DNA of 62,129 nucleotides, filler included, from Nemertoderma westbladi (GCA_032718475.1; 3 parts of 3 records of this genome joined end to end with filler, not necessarily neighbours in it); one strand, 5' to 3'. Positions 25,700-37,900 are shown, numbered from the whole stretch's first letter. Notes: generated by a model not told the origin, from the sequence alone. Numbers and translations: made by a program.

Positions 25700-26740
25700 T
25701 ACTATCTACCTTATCTAACTTACTAACTCTAACTATCTAACTCTACTAACTACTAACTCTCTGCTAAGTCTACTAACTCTTACCAACTCTTCTACTACGT
25801 GGCGCTTAGGGTGCCCACAACCCTCTGCTACTACCTCCATCTACGTGGCGCTTGCGGTGCCCACAACCACTCTACTACTAACTCTAACTAAAACCCTCTA
25901 TCTACGTGGCGCTTGTGGTGCCCACAACCATTCTACTACTACTTCTACTCTGCTACTATCTTTCTAACTCTACTACCTGGCACCCTATGTGCCCGTCTAC
26001 CCTACTACTCTACTCTCTGGCACCCTATGTGCCCTCTCTACTACCTCCAACACTCTAACTCTACTACTTGGCACCCTATGTGCCCTCTCTACTACTCTAC
26101 TACCTGGCACCCTATGTGCCCTCTCTACTACTCTACTCTCTGGCACCCTATGTGCCCTCTCTACTACCTCTAACACTCTAACTCTACTACCTGGCACCCT
26201 ATGTGCCCTCTCTACTACTCTACTCTCTGGCACCCTATGTGCCCTCTCTACTACTCTACTCTCTGGCACCCTATGTGCCCTCTCTACTACCTCTAACACT
26301 CTAACTCTACTACCTGGCACCCTATGTGCCCTCTCTACTACTCTACTCTCTGGCACCCTATGTGCCCGTCTCTACTACTCTACTCTATCTACATCTCCAC
26401 CTCAACTAATACCTCTATCTACGTGGCGCTTGCGGTGCCCACAACCACTCTCTGCTACTACTTTCTATGTGGCGCTTCCGGTGCCCACAACCCCCCTACT
26501 ACTACTCCTTTCTACGTGGCGCTTCCGGTGCCCACGACCCCCCTACTACTCGTGGCATGACAATATGCCACACTCCCTTACCCCGCCGCCTTCTAACCTA
26601 CTCTCCTTCTATGTGGCGCTTACGGTGCCCACAACCCCCCTACTACTACTCGTGGCATGACAATATGCCACACTCCCTTACCCCGCCGCCTTCTAACTCT
26701 CTACTTACTATCCTTTACTACTTCTAACTTCTACTAACTA
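25700..26740 (-). repeat. Hairpin-unit repeat array in the 3' UTR of element B
   Basis: 10x GGCACcctatGTGCC at mostly 36- and 51-bp spacing, about 7x gtggcgctt..ggtgcccac, and 2x GTGGCATgacaatATGCCAC. Confidence 0.85.
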
Positions 26741-26862
26741 TTACTTTCTTATTTTATTATTTAATTATTTTATTTAATTAATTAAATAATTATTTGTGTG
26801 GGAAGGGCGTCTCGCCCTCATTCCCACCCCCCTCAGTCCAAAATATTGGACGACTAAACCTC

Positions 26863-29800
26863 CTAACTAGGGCGATTCTTCCAACAGGCACTCTCCCACT
26901 GCTGCTCTTGTAGGTCCTGTAGGATTCGCCGCACTCTCTTCGCCAATTCCATCTCACCAGGAATTGGTTCTCCCTCTTCTGCCACCCTAAGGTTGGGTCT
27001 CTCCACCGTCTTCTTAACTGGTTCCTCTCCTGGCATCAAAATGCCACCTCCCTCCTTGTTGTCTCCCGCCGGCAGAATGAATAACAAGTGAAAGAACAGG
27101 CAGAACAGAAGGTACAATAGTAGTCCTATCCCTTTCCATCCTGCCTTCCTTCTCGACTTCCCCCTTGTCGGTATGCCTCCAAACCGGACCAGCGTCTCTT
27201 CCGGACACTCCTCTAGACACTCCTTCCGACACTCCTCCGGGCACTCCCCCGGAGTGTTGTCCTCCGGACACCTCGCCGTCCGCTCCGCTCCATCTCCATA
27301 CCGATGCTTGCTGGGAAACCTACTCTCCTCTGCCCACTTTCTTACTGTCACCTCCTCACTATGCTTATCTACCCTCTTCGGTTTCTTATATTCGTCCTCT
27401 GTGTCTGCGGTGCCTGGCATCATGCACCCATGGTAACATGTTGTTACTGATCGACCGCCCTCTCCTGATATCTTCACTGGCACTACCCCGAGTAGTACTT
27501 TTCTCTTCTTCTCTTCTGTCGTGCTTGTAGCTGCTGTATCTCTACACTCTCCGGATCTGTGTCCTTCTACCACACATCGATGACATAGTCCGTTTGCGTC
27601 TGTGTAGGCTATACGATCTTGTTTGGGCAACGCTTGCCAGTGCTTACAACTCCTGGTCTTATGTGTTCCGTCCCGATGTAATTGACATTCGAATCCTGGA
27701 TTATAGCGTTCCCTGTATAGTCCCTCACGTATCGCGCGTAGGTTTATATGTACCGATTTAGTGTTTTGGTTGTCTGTATTCGGCCTACTGGGTACATTGG
27801 GATTATGTTTATTTATGGTGTTATTTTCTTTCTGTCCCTGCCATGGTGTGGCCCTGCTACCAGCTAACTGTGGACTAGCAGTCCCCTGTGTGGCCGCATG
27901 TGGTAGTGATTGTCCTACTCTCGGGAGTGGATCTGCAGGATCGTGTTCGGGTTTATGGCTTGTCCCCAAACTATCCTCGCTATAGACTGGGTCTGTTATT
28001 AATTCGGCTTCATAGTTGAGGAAGCTCGACATTTCTTCTAGGCCTGGTTCCGCACCTTTCTTCTCACGTGTGGAGAAAGCGATTTTCCTCCACTTCCTTC
28101 GTAACCAGACCGGCAGTGCCTGCGCTATCGTGGTGATGTTGTTAGACGCGTTGAGTTCGTATGGTGCGTCTAGCGTCTTTAACACGATTAACGCCTTCTC
28201 GACCTTGTTTGCAAAGGTCCTTATGCTAACGGGATTGTCCTGTAGGCCATCCGATGTTATGCCTCTCAGGGTTTGCCGGATGATCTTGGCCGGGTGCCCG
28301 TATTCCCTATCTAGCGCCCGCCATGCTGTCGTGAAGCCGCCCTCGATGCCCTGGTATTGCCTCACGATGTCGTATGCTGGGCCTCCTGTATATACTTGCA
28401 GATATTTTAGGCACTCCGCCTGCGTCAAGTTCTTACTTAATATTTCGTTACTATACATGCGCCGAAACTGTAGATATTCTTCCGGCCTACTCCCATCGAA
28501 TTTAAATGGTTCCACAGGTGGTAACTCGATCCTAGTTTTTAATGCATCGATTAATGTGGCCATTCCCATCGCTTGCGCTTCTAATGGGTTCGATGGATGT
28601 TGTATAGTTTCTCTTGCTGGGTACGGTCCGTTCGTCCTATCTGCTGTTGACTTTGCTTGTTGCGTCGGGTATATCATTGGGGGTAACGGCCCCCTCCATA
28701 TTTCCGTGTCGCACGATCTGCTCTCGTCCAAGGGGTTCGATGTTCTCGCTCCTATTGGGGTATATTGTTGATATTGTGATGGGGGAATGTCACCCTGTCC
28801 CCCTCCCACCGGTATGTTTGGTACTGGGGTTGATGTTAATATATTGGGGCCCATACATCTATCTACAATAACTCTCCCCTCCCCTGGATATATGTTGTGT
28901 CCCTGGAAATTATAGTCATGCTGCTGTACCGGTACCGATATAGGCCTATTCACTTCTTGCCTACCTACCGGTATGTACTCCGCGACTTCCGGGTTTAATC
29001 CCGTCGTCCGCGCTACCCTATCGCCTACTCTATCTCTCCCAGCATGGCCTATAATAGTATGTGCAGTAAGGCCTACAGTATGTCCTGCAGTCTGCATGTG
29101 CCCTTCCGAACCGAAGTTTATTCTTCTCGAATCTCGAATCTCCCCGCGACTACCGTACTCTCGATCGGCAGCTACATCCCGTCGGGAAGCTTCTCTTCGA
29201 TCCCCTATCCTGCTCTCGTCTTCATATCGGTACATCCTGTACCCCTCTCTTAGCGTGTGGTGCGTTTCTCCGGGGCACGGCAATCTCCCGAAGTCCGACT
29301 CCACTGACTCCCTAATTCCCTCTCTACTATCGACGGCTCGCTATCCGTCCTCGCTCTCCGGTTGCTCCTAGCAACGACTCTTATATTATCTTCCTTTCTT
29401 CTCTCTTCGACCTCTCGGTTAAACTCTGCTAATCTTCTTCTATCTCCGACCTCTCTATTATACTCTACTAATCTTCTCCTATCTTCGACCTCTCTATTAA
29501 ACTCTACTAATCTTCTCTCTTCTAACTGGGCTCGACGTTCCGTCGCCCGCCCTCTCGCGACGTCAACCTTTCTCTCTCTGCTCGATCGCACGCCGCTGGG
29601 GATACTCGCAATCCCCCTATTATTCTCCATCGCCGGGTGTTGCGGTTTACCTAATTCGGCCCGCGCATTATCCGCCGACGCCTGTGGGACACTGCCTGCC
29701 CCCCCTCTCTCGCTACTAATCCCTCGCGGTGGGGTGCCCGTAGCCCCCCCCCCACCCGCTACTTCTAACTTCACTATCTCTTACTACACTTCTACACCCC

Positions 29801-31367
29801 TCTTGTGGGGCATTCTCTGCCCCCTCTCTCTCGCCGCTAATCTCATGTGGTGGGGCGCCCGTAGCCCCCCCCCACCCGCCACATCTAACTTCAATATCTC
29901 TTACTTCGTCTCTACACCCCTCTCTAGTCGACACACTGTCTCTACTGCGGCCGGGTCTATTCACCCCGGCCTCTCTCTCTACTACTGCGTGGCCTACCAG
30001 GCCCACCTCGGGTTGGCTCAACCGCGCCACTTCCTGCCTACTAACTACGTGGCCTACCAGGCCGCCGTCTGCCGGGCTATACACGTCTGACGCGTTCACA
30101 TTAATAGCACCATTCCCAATATTATTTGTTAAATCAATTAAATTATTAGAATTTGAAACGGGATTATTATTTAAATTATTTAAGTTAGAATTATTATTAT
30201 TTTCAAAATTTAAATTGCTATTCGAATTATTTGAATTATTTTGATTATTCTGAATATTTGAATTAATATTATTATTTGAATTTAAACTTAAATTACTACT
30301 ACCGGGTAAAATATTTCCTGTAATAAAGGGATTAGGGTTATTTACTACGGTACTATTAATACCAATATTTCCCAACGCACTACTACTACCCCCCTCGCCC
30401 GTACGGTTGCTGTACGTACTGTACGTGTACCGCACGCTCTGTTCTCTTGCCTCACGCTCTTCGCGTTCACTCTCTCGCTCCTTCCTTCCCTTCAGTCGCC
30501 ACTCTAATTCTTCAATTTTTAATTTATATGCAGCCAGATTTATCTCCTGCACCCTTCTTTCTTTTGCGGAGGATGTAGCAGACTTATCGGTTGCGACGGA
30601 CTCCCGCCGCCCCTCCGTCCTACTAACTTTCCCCGCTTTCCGGGGTTCTCGCTGACCGACGAGACCGAATCCTCGGAGCTAACCTCGGATTCGCCCTCGT
30701 GCAGTCCCGCCCAACCCACTAACTTAACTTCCCTGGCATCGACTAAGTATGGCCCTATGTACACTACACCAGGCCCCATACCCCTACGTTCCCATAGCCC
30801 AAACAGTTCGAAGGCAACCCCTCTCGCTCTCTCCTCGGCCAGTTCTCCCTGCCCAGAACGCACTAGGTAATCAAAGTATCTGTTCGACTCACCTAGTCGT
30901 CTCCTCAACTTCACCTGGCCTATCTCAGCCCCTCCTCTAGCTTCCTTCAGTTGTTCCCGGGTCGCGGCGTAGGCTCGTCGAAGTCGATCAGAAACCCCGA
31001 CATCCTCGTCGCCGACCTCCCCTCCATCTCTCCGGGTCCGACGTCGTACCGGCGGCCCCACCGTCGCCGTTCCGGTGGGCCGTCCGTCGCCCTCGGTCTG
31101 TGGCTGACCGGTGACATCGGTACGTCGACCCTCGCTCCGCGTCGACTCGTCTTCCTCTTCTCCTCCCGACTCGATTTCTCTTTGTAGACGACCCCCCACA
31201 TCTTGGTTCGCCGGGTCGCTCGTTATCGACGTGGCGTCAACGTACGTCGACGTGGTCGGCGTAGCATCGACTGGCGTCGTGGGTTCGTATCGTCTCGCCG
31301 TGGCCTCGCGGATCGTTAGATCGTCGTCCGGGGTCCGCGGCGGCGTCGTTCCTTTCTCTCGACTCAT
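26863..31367 (-). CDS. BEL/Pao Gag of element B (~1500 aa if frameshifts are repaired), truncated at the protease
   Basis: ORFs 30540-31367, 29716-30552, 29250-29774 and 26863-29304. LPPVEPFKFDG..EYLQF...LKYLQVYTGGPA...AWRALDREYG is DUF1759-like. CQLH..H..RSC and CHRC...GH...C knuckles; VLLGVVPVKI marks the protease start. No RT, RNase H or integrase motifs were seen. Confidence 0.88.
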
Positions 31368-31427
31368 CTTGCTGGTGATTGGTGGCTGATGGTTTGGCTA
31401 GCTAGGGCAGCGGTTGGTTTTAGTTAC

Positions 31428-31959
31428 TGTGACGGGATCCAGGAGGGATCCCGATTTATCCGATGTTTAGTTCACGCTTTCCCTCCGTGTGTAAAGAGTA
31501 AAATGAGTTCTGATGTTCGGTGTATATAATGATCAGTCTAATAAGATATAGATATAGGTTGTTGTACACGGAAGGCGGGATACGGTAATTAAAGTCCCGG
31601 TCCTTCCCTAGCTAAACTATCTAACCTAACTAGCACCAATATGATACTGGGATAACTGAACTGATATGATTACAGGTTACTGGTTATATTGCACGGTGGC
31701 CTTATTGCTACTCAATCGATGCCTTTCCCCCCTCTGATTGGCTAATACCCCTGTTGGCACCCTTTGGAGTGTTCCCGTTCACTCCACCTGTTCTCTTTGG
31801 GTTAGGGGTTTGGCCCCTGACCTCCATTGTGTGTTTCTCCTTCCCTTCCCACTTTATTGGGGTGACACGAGGTTGATATTGGTAATCAACCTCGTGCTCC
31901 CAATATTGCTTTATGGCTCACTTTATGGGGTTTGGTGAGGCGGAATTGATTCGCTAACA
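31428..31959 (-). repeat. 5' LTR of element B
   Basis: Direct repeat of 24779-25320, with roughly 15-20 differences by eye. Confidence 0.95.
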
Positions 31960-32725
31960 GCCGCCCCTCCGTCCTACTAACTTTCCCCCGCCTCCCGGAA
32001 CTTCCTCCAACCGACGAGACCGAATCCTCGGAGTTAACCTCGGATTCGCCCTCCTCAGGTCTCTTCCAACCCACTAATTTTACTCCCCGGGCATCGACTA
32101 AGTATGGCCCTACGTACACTACGCTAGGTTCCATACCCCCACATTCCCATAGTTCAATCAGTTCGTTGGCAACTCCCCTCGCCCTCTCCTCGGCTAGTTC
32201 TCCCTGCCCAGAACGCACTAGGTAATCAAAGTATCTGTTCGACTCACCTAGTCGTCTCCTCAACTTCACCTGGTCTATCTCAGCCCCTCCTCTAGCTTCC
32301 TTCAGTTGCTCCCGGGTCGCGGCGTAGGCCCGTCGAAGTCGATCAGAAACCCCGACGTCCTCGTCGCCGACCTCTCCTCCATCTCTCCGGGTTCGACGTC
32401 GTACCGACGGGCCCACCGTCGCCGTTCCGGTGGACCGTTCGTCGTCCTCGGCCTGTGGCTGGCCGGCGACATCGGTACGTCGACCTTCACTCCGCGTCGA
32501 CTCGTCTTTCTCCCTTTCGACTCCCGACTCGTCCTCTCTTTGTAGACGACCCCCCACATCTTGGTTCGCCGGGTTGCTCGTTATCGACGTGGCGTCAACG
32601 TGCGTCGACGTGGTCAGCGTAGCATCGACCGGCGTCGTGGATTCGTATCGTCTCGCCGTGGCATCGCGGATCGTTAGATCGTCGTCCGGGGTCCGCGGCG
32701 GTGTCGTTCCTTTCTCTCGACTCAT
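31960..32725 (-). pseudogene. 5' part of the element A gag, interrupted by element B
   Basis: MSREKGTTPPRTPDDDLTIR... is nearly identical to ORF 30540-31367. Confidence 0.88.
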
Positions 32726-32782
32726 CTTTGTCTTTGGTAGCTGATGGTTTGGCTAGCTAGGGCAGCGTTTGGTTTTAGTTAC

Positions 32783-33313
32783 TGTGACGGGATCCAGGAG
32801 GGATCCCGATTTATCCGGTATTTAGTTCACGCGTCCCCGCCGTGTATAAAGAGTGAATGAAAGTAAAATGAGTTCTGAAGTTCGGTGTATAATAATAAAG
32901 GTATAAGATATAGATATATTGTATAGTATATGGAAGGCGGGATACGGTAACTAAAAGTCCCGTGCTCCCCTATCTAAACTAACTAACCTATGCTAGCACT
33001 ACTGCACTGAGATAACTGAATTACTGATATTGGGTTACTGGTTATATTGCACGGTTGGCCTAATTACTACCTAATCGATGCCTTGCCCCCCTCTGATTGG
33101 TTGATACCCTTGTTGGCACCCCGTGGAGTGTTCCCGTTCACTCCACCTGTTCTCTCTGGGTTAGGGGTTTGGCCCCTGACCCTTATTGTGTGGTTCTCCT
33201 TCCCACTCTCATTGGGATGGCACGAGTTGGTTAATTACCCAATCTCGTGGCTCCCAATATTGCTTATCGGCTTATAACTTTATGGGGCGTTAGCGGGATT
33301 GAATAAGCTAACA
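32783..33313 (-). repeat. 5' LTR of element A
   Basis: Direct repeat of 19716-20246. Confidence 0.95.
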
Positions 33314-33318
33314 AAACG

Positions 33319-34900
33319 CATCAGACAAAGATAACATATGTAGGTAAATAAAATGCACATACAACATGTTTGAGCAAAACGCATCAGGTCATTGTAAAAA
33401 AATAAGAAAACTTGGTGCAGATGTAATGAGAAGCATGTCATAAGGTTTTCTATCTCGAAGGGTGGACCACATAACCATATTAACAGTATGTGAAGAGGGG
33501 GGTGGGTGGGGGGGGGGGGGGGGATTGCAGAGTTCAGGTAGAAGTGATTATGATAGGAGTTTGCGCTGCAAATATAGTTGGATATCAGATTAGGAAACGC
33601 CATAATATGAGAGTATTCTGGCTCTTTTCTCTTCAATGCTGATTGTTTTGAGTGTGAGTGTAGTTCTAATGAAATTTGAGCTGATCAGTTCACGATATGT
33701 CGGCTTGGCAAGGGAAATACGCGACACCAGCTCACTTTTGGAATATGAAAAGTTGAGTGCAGAAAGCAGGTCAGGTAAGGCGTAGGATGAGCGCGCGATG
33801 CTGTAGCCACAAGAAATGCGGCGATACGACGCCAGGGGGCGCACATTGCTGAACATTGCAATCCGACAACTCAGTTGTAGAAAGCGACTAGGACAGTTCA
33901 ATATGCGCAGGATGGTACCGACACACAACCGAAGTGCAGCAATCGAGATTGGCACAAGATTGGCGACGTGGTAAAGAGTGCAATTCCCAACATATGGGCC
34001 AAGGTTTAGTAAACCTATTAACGATTTGCGGTAGAATACATCAAGAGCGTCACGATCAGTGGAGGTAAGAGAACCTATATTGAATTTTAATCCATATGTG
34101 GTAGCTGGTACAGCGAGGGAGTCCCATAGTCGGAAGACCACCTTAGGAGGAAGCCAGCGCGTTGTCCAGCCTCTAGTGTGAAATGTTTGAGAGTAGTAAG
34201 CTATCAACCTGATAGAATCATTAAGGATTACTTTGGAGTTTGATGAACTTTTAAGGTTGTATCCTAAGAAGGTAAGGGCAGAACTTCTTGCAACAAAAGA
34301 TCCACATATGTTGATAAAGCAGGGTTTATGACATGGATTTTGGATGCTTTCGACTACAATCCATGAGGTTTTAGTGGGTTCAAAGCTAAGACAGACCTCG
34401 TCTGCTTTGTCACTTACAATCATTGCCATTCGTTCGAGATCAGTAGCCAAGGTGCTAAGAAGGAGGAAGTCATCGGCGTATACTATGGCGCCTAACCACA
34501 CAGGGCTGACACGACAACCTAAGTTGGAACTCTCTAGAGCCGCAGTTATATCAGCTGTGTATAAGTTAAAAATAGTTGGTGATAGTAGAGAACCTTGCTT
34601 TAAACCTTGGGCTACATGTATGCCGTTACAATAGAAACTACCATCATTAAATTTGAGAAAAACTATACCACAAGTGTAATATGACTAGACCGTAGCTGCG
34701 ATGTGAGGGTTGACTCCATGGTCCAGCAGCTTTCGAATGAGTGTGCAGTACTCAACATTGTCGAAGGCCGATTCTATATCTAGCTGAAGCAGGCACACTG
34801 CGGAGCTTTTGGATCTATAATGCTCAATACGTTCCAGCAATGTGGCGATTACCCCTGACGATGTAACCACCTCAGTTTCCAATGCGGGTACTTTTGGATC
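33319..34900 (-). mobile_element. Non-LTR retrotransposon RT and C-terminus; its 3' tail is the insertion site of element A
   Basis: LDIESAFDNV, GLKQGSLLSP.IFNLY, YADD and FLG motifs. The tail repeat aagataacata...gcaaaacg continues on the other side at 19670-19715. Confidence 0.88.
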
Positions 34901-34996
34901 TATAATGCTCAATACATTCCAGCAATGTGGCGATTACCCCTGACGATGTAACCACCTCAGTTTCCAATTCGGGTACTTTTAACTGTAAAATAGGTC

Positions 34997-37900
34997 ATCT
35001 CGCAACATTTATCATTTTACAAAAATTTAGCTGTATTTTTAATGAACCTAAACCACGCCACACTTTCGACTATTCAAAACTTGACGAATCTTCTTTCCTT
35101 CGTGACATTAATAAACCCTCCAACTGGTCCTACACCGATAAATCAATACCCATCACCTCAAAGTTCGACTGTTTTTACGATAATCTCACCAACATTTGCT
35201 CCTCTCATATCCCTTCAAAATCATATACACACAAAACTCGGCCCCTCAAAGCATGGATCACTGAAAGTCTACTCAAATCAATCAGAACTAAAGACAAATT
35301 ATACAGGAACTATTTAAAAAACCGAACTGAAACCAACAGTAAATGTTTTACCGACTATCGTAATCATCTCACAAAAACCTTAAAAAATTGCCGAAAAAAA
35401 ATATTATTCGCAACAATTTGATAACAACATTACAAATTCCCTCAAAACTTGGTCGATAATTAATACTGTACTCCACAAAACAACTTCTAAATCATCACCC
35501 AAAAAACTTATTATAAAAATGAATACCTCCGCACAAATTGTATCAGACCCAACTCAAATTACAGAAATATTCAACGAACACTTTTCAACCATTGGAACTA
35601 AACTCCAAAGTACCTTACCGACTTGCACACCCCGATCCCCCCGACACCATCTTTCAAATACTAGAGTGAACTCTTTTACATTAACAAAAACATCTGCAAT
35701 AGAATTATAATACCGAATCGACCCCCACATGCGTCTGCCGTCTCTGCGACGACCAGGCGACGGACAAGGACCACGGCCTCAGTTGCACTGGCGTCCCGAC
35801 TCTACTAACAACAGTAAAACGCTCACTGTTCCTGTACGCCGTGAAATGATCTATTCTAATTTTTACACGATCTATTTTAAAACTTCCCCCAGCCACGCTA
35901 TAACCAAACATTGAATTGTACAATATTTCAACCGTGCAACGACATTTTATTATATTATATATATTTTTACTATTTTTATTATATTATATATTCATTTTAT
36001 TATATCCCCATCCCCAAATAACCTATAAATAATGTGTATCCCATTTTCCATTATCTGTCATACAATACAGTATTATATGGTCACATAACAACTTTCATAT
36101 TTTACAGTAGGCCTACCTACCTTTATGTGCATGTTTATTTTATTTACACCATATGTTGGTATTAAAGCTTTCGTTTCATAATACCGAATCCTCAACCTCA
36201 AATTAAACTGCAGTTCTAACGATCCGTTCCCCACCAAACTACTCCGACTTGCTGCCAAACCATTTTCCCAACACCTGTGCTACTTATTCAACCTTTCAAT
36301 AAAGTACGGATTTTTTCCCGATTCATTAAAAATTGCTAAAGTTATACCACTATTCAAATCATTTAATTTTTTTGTTGTTTACATTTAATATCTATTAGGA
36401 CCCCATGCACCCTCACATGGAGAAACGTTTTTTCTGCTACTTGTTTTTCAAAAAAATTGCTCCGTGTAAGGTGGTCAGTAATTAAGTTACTAGAAACACT
36501 CAAAAACATTTCGCAACAAAAGTTTGTGTTATTTTTTTCCCTAGGGAAAAAGTACTTATTTTTCTCTCTATACGTACGTATTATTCACATAAAATCTTAA
36601 TATTTGTAATAAGAAATGGGTGAATTTGTTAGTATTAACTAATAGTGGTTTGGTCATATTAGTAATATGGGAAAATCTAGAAACACTCAAAAACATTTCG
36701 CAACAAAAGTTTGTGTTATTTTTTTCCCTAGGGAAAAAGTACTTATTTTTCTCTCTATACGTACGTATTATTCACATAAAATCTTAATATTTGTAATAAG
36801 AAATGGGTGAATTTGTTAGTATTAACTGTGGTTTGGTCATATTAGTAATATGGGAATAGAATGTTATAGAATAACGAAAAAAAAAATGAAGAGAGCTGCT
36901 GAGCTGAAGATTTAAGAAGACGGTTGAACCGAGCCCGAATATCACGTCAGGCAAACGAGACTTACCGCTGCGCCGGTACTTCACTTTTCGTTCACTAGTA
37001 CCCAAGGTATTGTTCGTGGTAATTTCCTGCACATTTAAGGCCTGGGTTCTTACCTTGAATCAATCCTCGCGCCCACGCGCTCAGGCCCTTCGCGATTTCA
37101 GGTACGGCCCGCCCCCCCTACTCCACTCTGCTCGCTTCCTCTCCACTCCGATTTTCGCGTTTTTAGAATATTCGGTGACGGTTCTATTTAAACACTATTC
37201 TGTGAACACTGTAGATATTTCTTTTTTATATTTTAATATTTTTCATTTATTTAACAATTAAATTAAATTCACCTTAGTAAATTAAGACGTAAACAAACAA
37301 TTGCTATTTTCACTTAATTGACAGCTTTAATTTCTTTGTATTGTAGTTATAATTTTAACAGCTATGAGTTCTTTGGTTGTTATTGTGTCAGGTGAGTCGA
37401 TGATATTGAGTTTCTTGATGTAGCTCTCTTTGCCAATGTCAATGCCCAGTCGTTCTTGCTGATCCTCGCTTAGATGCTTGGTGGGAATTGGATGTCGGCT
37501 GCTGAAATCGATAATTCAGATCACCACGCAACATTTATCATTTTACAAAAATTTAGCTGTATTTTCAATGAACCTAAACCACGCCACACTTTCGACTATT
37601 CAAAACTTGACGAATCTTCTTTCTTTCGTGACATTAATAAACCCTCCAACTGGTCCTACACCGATAAATCAATAGCCATCATCTCAAAGTTCGACTGTTT
37701 TTACGATAATCTCACCAACATTTGCTCCTCTCATATCCCTTCAAAATCATTTACACACAAAACTCGGCCCCTCAAAGCATGGATCACTGAAAGTCTACTC
37801 AAATCAATCAGAACTAAAGACAAATTATACAGGAACTATTTAAAAAACCGAACAGAAACCAACCGTAAATGTTTTACCGACTATCGTAATCATCTCACAA

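Larger units (their letters stand above)
24779..31959 (-). mobile_element. Non-autonomous BEL/Pao-type LTR retrotransposon B, nested in the gag of A (TSD ACCGC/GCCGC)
   Basis: LTRs at 24779-25320 and 31428-31959. The flanks rejoin as gactccc-gccgc-ccctccgtcc, the uninterrupted sequence seen at ~30599-30620. Confidence 0.93.
19716..33313 (-). mobile_element. Non-autonomous BEL/Pao-type LTR retrotransposon A (outer element), 5-bp TSD AAACG
   Basis: 531-bp TG...CA LTRs at 19716-20246 and 32783-33313, about 2 differences. AAACG flanks both ends. A PPT (ggggggggag on minus) abuts the 3' LTR. Gag remnants are present, RT is absent. Confidence 0.93.

Noticed and set aside
25970-26370. CRISPR-like appearance of regularly spaced palindromic GGCACCCTATGTGCC repeats (also 20700-21035)
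   Set aside because: The spacers are recurring low-complexity CTA/CTCT sequence rather than unique, there are no cas genes, and the context is an animal LTR element.
20601-26727. ORFs translated from the repeat arrays (LSGTLCALST, VVERAHRVP, etc.)
   Set aside because: These are by-products of stop-poor tandem repeats, open in several frames and on both strands.
19716-33313. Interpretation as a head-to-tail tandem LTR array or DIRS-like split repeats
   Set aside because: Two distinct LTR pairs, each with its own TSD, and a gag that rejoins across the inner element show nesting.
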